64,000 bases of DNA from Squalus acanthias. Its lineage: Eukaryota. The notes beneath the pieces are model-generated. The model was given only the letters and a program-made list of their open reading frames with translations. It did not search any database and was not told where the DNA came from. The stretch spans positions 4,278,001 to 4,342,000 of the forward strand of contig CM059433.1 in assembly GCA_030390025.1 (NCBI GenBank). The letters are read 5' to 3'. Below, one piece after another: positions 62,040 through 64,000 of the stretch. The number at the start of each line of letters is the position of its first letter. The first letter of the stretch is position 1. Made by a program: the position numbers and the translations under genes.

Positions 62040-63890
62040 GTAGCCAGTGCATCGCTATTAATGGCATCTCTTCTCACCCCAACTTCACCTTGGGAATCCT
62101 CAAAGGCCCAATCCTTGGCTCCCACCTCTTCCTTGTCTACATGCTGTCTTTGAGACCATCCTCCACAATTATAGGGCCAGCTTTAAGAAGTACACGAAAC
62201 AACACCCAGCTCTACATCGCCACCACCTCTTGATCCCTTCACTGCTTCTGTGCTGTCAAACTGTTTGACCGACATCCAATAGAAGATGAGGATAATTTTC
62301 CTCTAGCTATACATTGGGAAGACCAAAGCTACCATCTTAGGTCCCCACCACAAACTCCTTACCATTGCCATCAACTCCATCCCCTTCCCTGGCCATTGTC
62401 TTAGGTTGAACCAGACCCGACAACCTGTTAACCCAAGCAGAGTTTCCAACCCCATATCCTCTCCACCTCCGTAACATCACTTGCCCCCCCCATCCCCATG
62501 TCAGCCCATCTGCTGCCGAAACCCTCATTCATGCTTTGGTCATCTCCAGACACAACGGGCTGGATTTTACTCAGACGAGTTGGGGGCGGGACTGCTGCCT
62601 TCCGGGTTCTAGTCCCGCCCCCAGCAATGTCCGACGCACAGACGTTATTTTCTGCTGATTGGTCTTGTTAAGCCCGCCCTGCGGGCTTGCTGGCCAATTA
62701 AAGGAAAACTGGTGTCAAATGACATCAGGTGATGACACTTCATCTGCCGGTTTTCTTAAAGGGACATGAAACATTTATTTTTCACAGATGATTTGACAGT
62801 ATTGAGGTGCTGTCAAACACTGACAATCACTGTACAAAGGTGAGCCCTTGTACCCAGGCTCTCTAATGACACTCTCCTTAGGATAAAACAGATGGCAGCT
62901 GCAGGTGAGGGTACAGAAGCCATCTGTCACTTCTCCCGATGAGATGAGGCTACACAAACACTTCAAAGCTCGTCACCTACAGAAAAATCTAAACACATTA
63001 AAAATGACTTTCCCAACATTTCCTTACCTCTGATACTCACCAGTGTCCCACTGCATCCTTCACACCACTCCTGCAGTTGTCATCTATACACAAACATGAC
63101 AACAGACCCACAGCACGCCTCACTTACCCTGGCGGGTTCCCCGACATCAAGAAGCCCGCAGCAGAAGTCTAAAAATTGGGGAAAAAGCCTCTTAACTGCC
63201 TGTTAACTACCTGTTAACAGGCAGTTAAGTGGCTATAATTCTCTTCCCGCCACTAGGAGTCGGGTCCCTGCGCAAATCGGGGACCCGACTCCCGGGAAGA
63301 TTGGTTGGAGGTGGGTTGGGAGCGGGTTCGGGACCCGCTCCCATTCTTTTTGACTTTTCCGTCAGTCCCGCCTCCTCAGGGCTGGTAAAATCCAGCCCAA
63401 TGACTCCAACGCTCTCCAGCTGACTTCCCATCCTCCAACTTCCAGAAACCTCAGCTCATCTAAAATTCTTCTGCCCGTATCTTATCTTGCACCAAGTCCT
63501 GTTCACCCATCACAATTGTCTCTTGCTGCCCTACATTGGCTTCCGGTCCTCCAAAGCCACAAATTTAAAATTAATTTTGTGTTTAAATCGCTTCTTGGCC
63601 TCACTCCTCCCTATTTCTGTAACCTCCTCCAACCCTCTCCGAACGCTCCATTCCTCTGATTTGGCCTCTTGTGCATCTCCCCTTCCTCCTTTGCTCATTA
63701 TTGGAACCCCAATCCTAAAACCTCTCTGCCTCTCTGCCACCTTCTCCTCCTTGAAGACACTCCTTAAAACCCATCTCTAACCAACTTTTGTTCAACCCTC
63801 CTAATCTATTTTTCTTGGCCTCTGTCCATTTTTCCTTAAACCTCAAACATTTTTCTATGTTAAAGGCAGTATATAAATGCTGTTGTTAAA
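62040..63890 (+). mobile_element. Old L2 relic interrupted by a Harbinger element
   Basis: GILKGPILGSHLFLVYML, AETLIHAL, LHWLP relics and an L2-type tail. Confidence 0.8.
62557..63398. mobile_element. Non-autonomous Harbinger
   Basis: Perfect 14-bp TIR GGGCTGGATTTTAC/GTAAAATCCAGCCC, flanks AAC/AAT. Confidence 0.88.
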
Positions 63891-64000
63891 GATAGATGAA
63901 CTCTAGAACCAGTAGTGGACACAGAGTCTCAAACATTTTATAATATTCTGCTTTTATTGACATTCTTATTTATCTACATGGTGTAACATTATTTTACTTA

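Overview
This is vertebrate genomic DNA, most likely from a cartilaginous fish (shark), inferred from its repeat families. It reads as intronic or intergenic, and I could not identify a host gene. About half of the window is nested transposable elements. LINEs present are CR1, L2, RTE and one unclassified family, plus one near-full-length Tx1-clade LINE (38700-45215) inserted with a 16-bp target duplication into the A-box of a tRNA-derived Deu-domain SINE. Two Penelope-like (GIY-YIG) families carry minimal hammerhead-ribozyme motifs; one forms a ~394-bp-arm palindrome with a 14-bp TSD. There are many PIF/Harbinger non-autonomous elements with 3-bp TSDs, two of which keep Myb/SANT gene relics, and one Tigger/pogo-like MITE. 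A 221-bp LTR-like module of unknown origin occurs twice. There is a four-level nested insertion at 26.4-29.5 kb and a 500-N assembly gap. All family assignments are by eye and need a Dfam/Repbase check.
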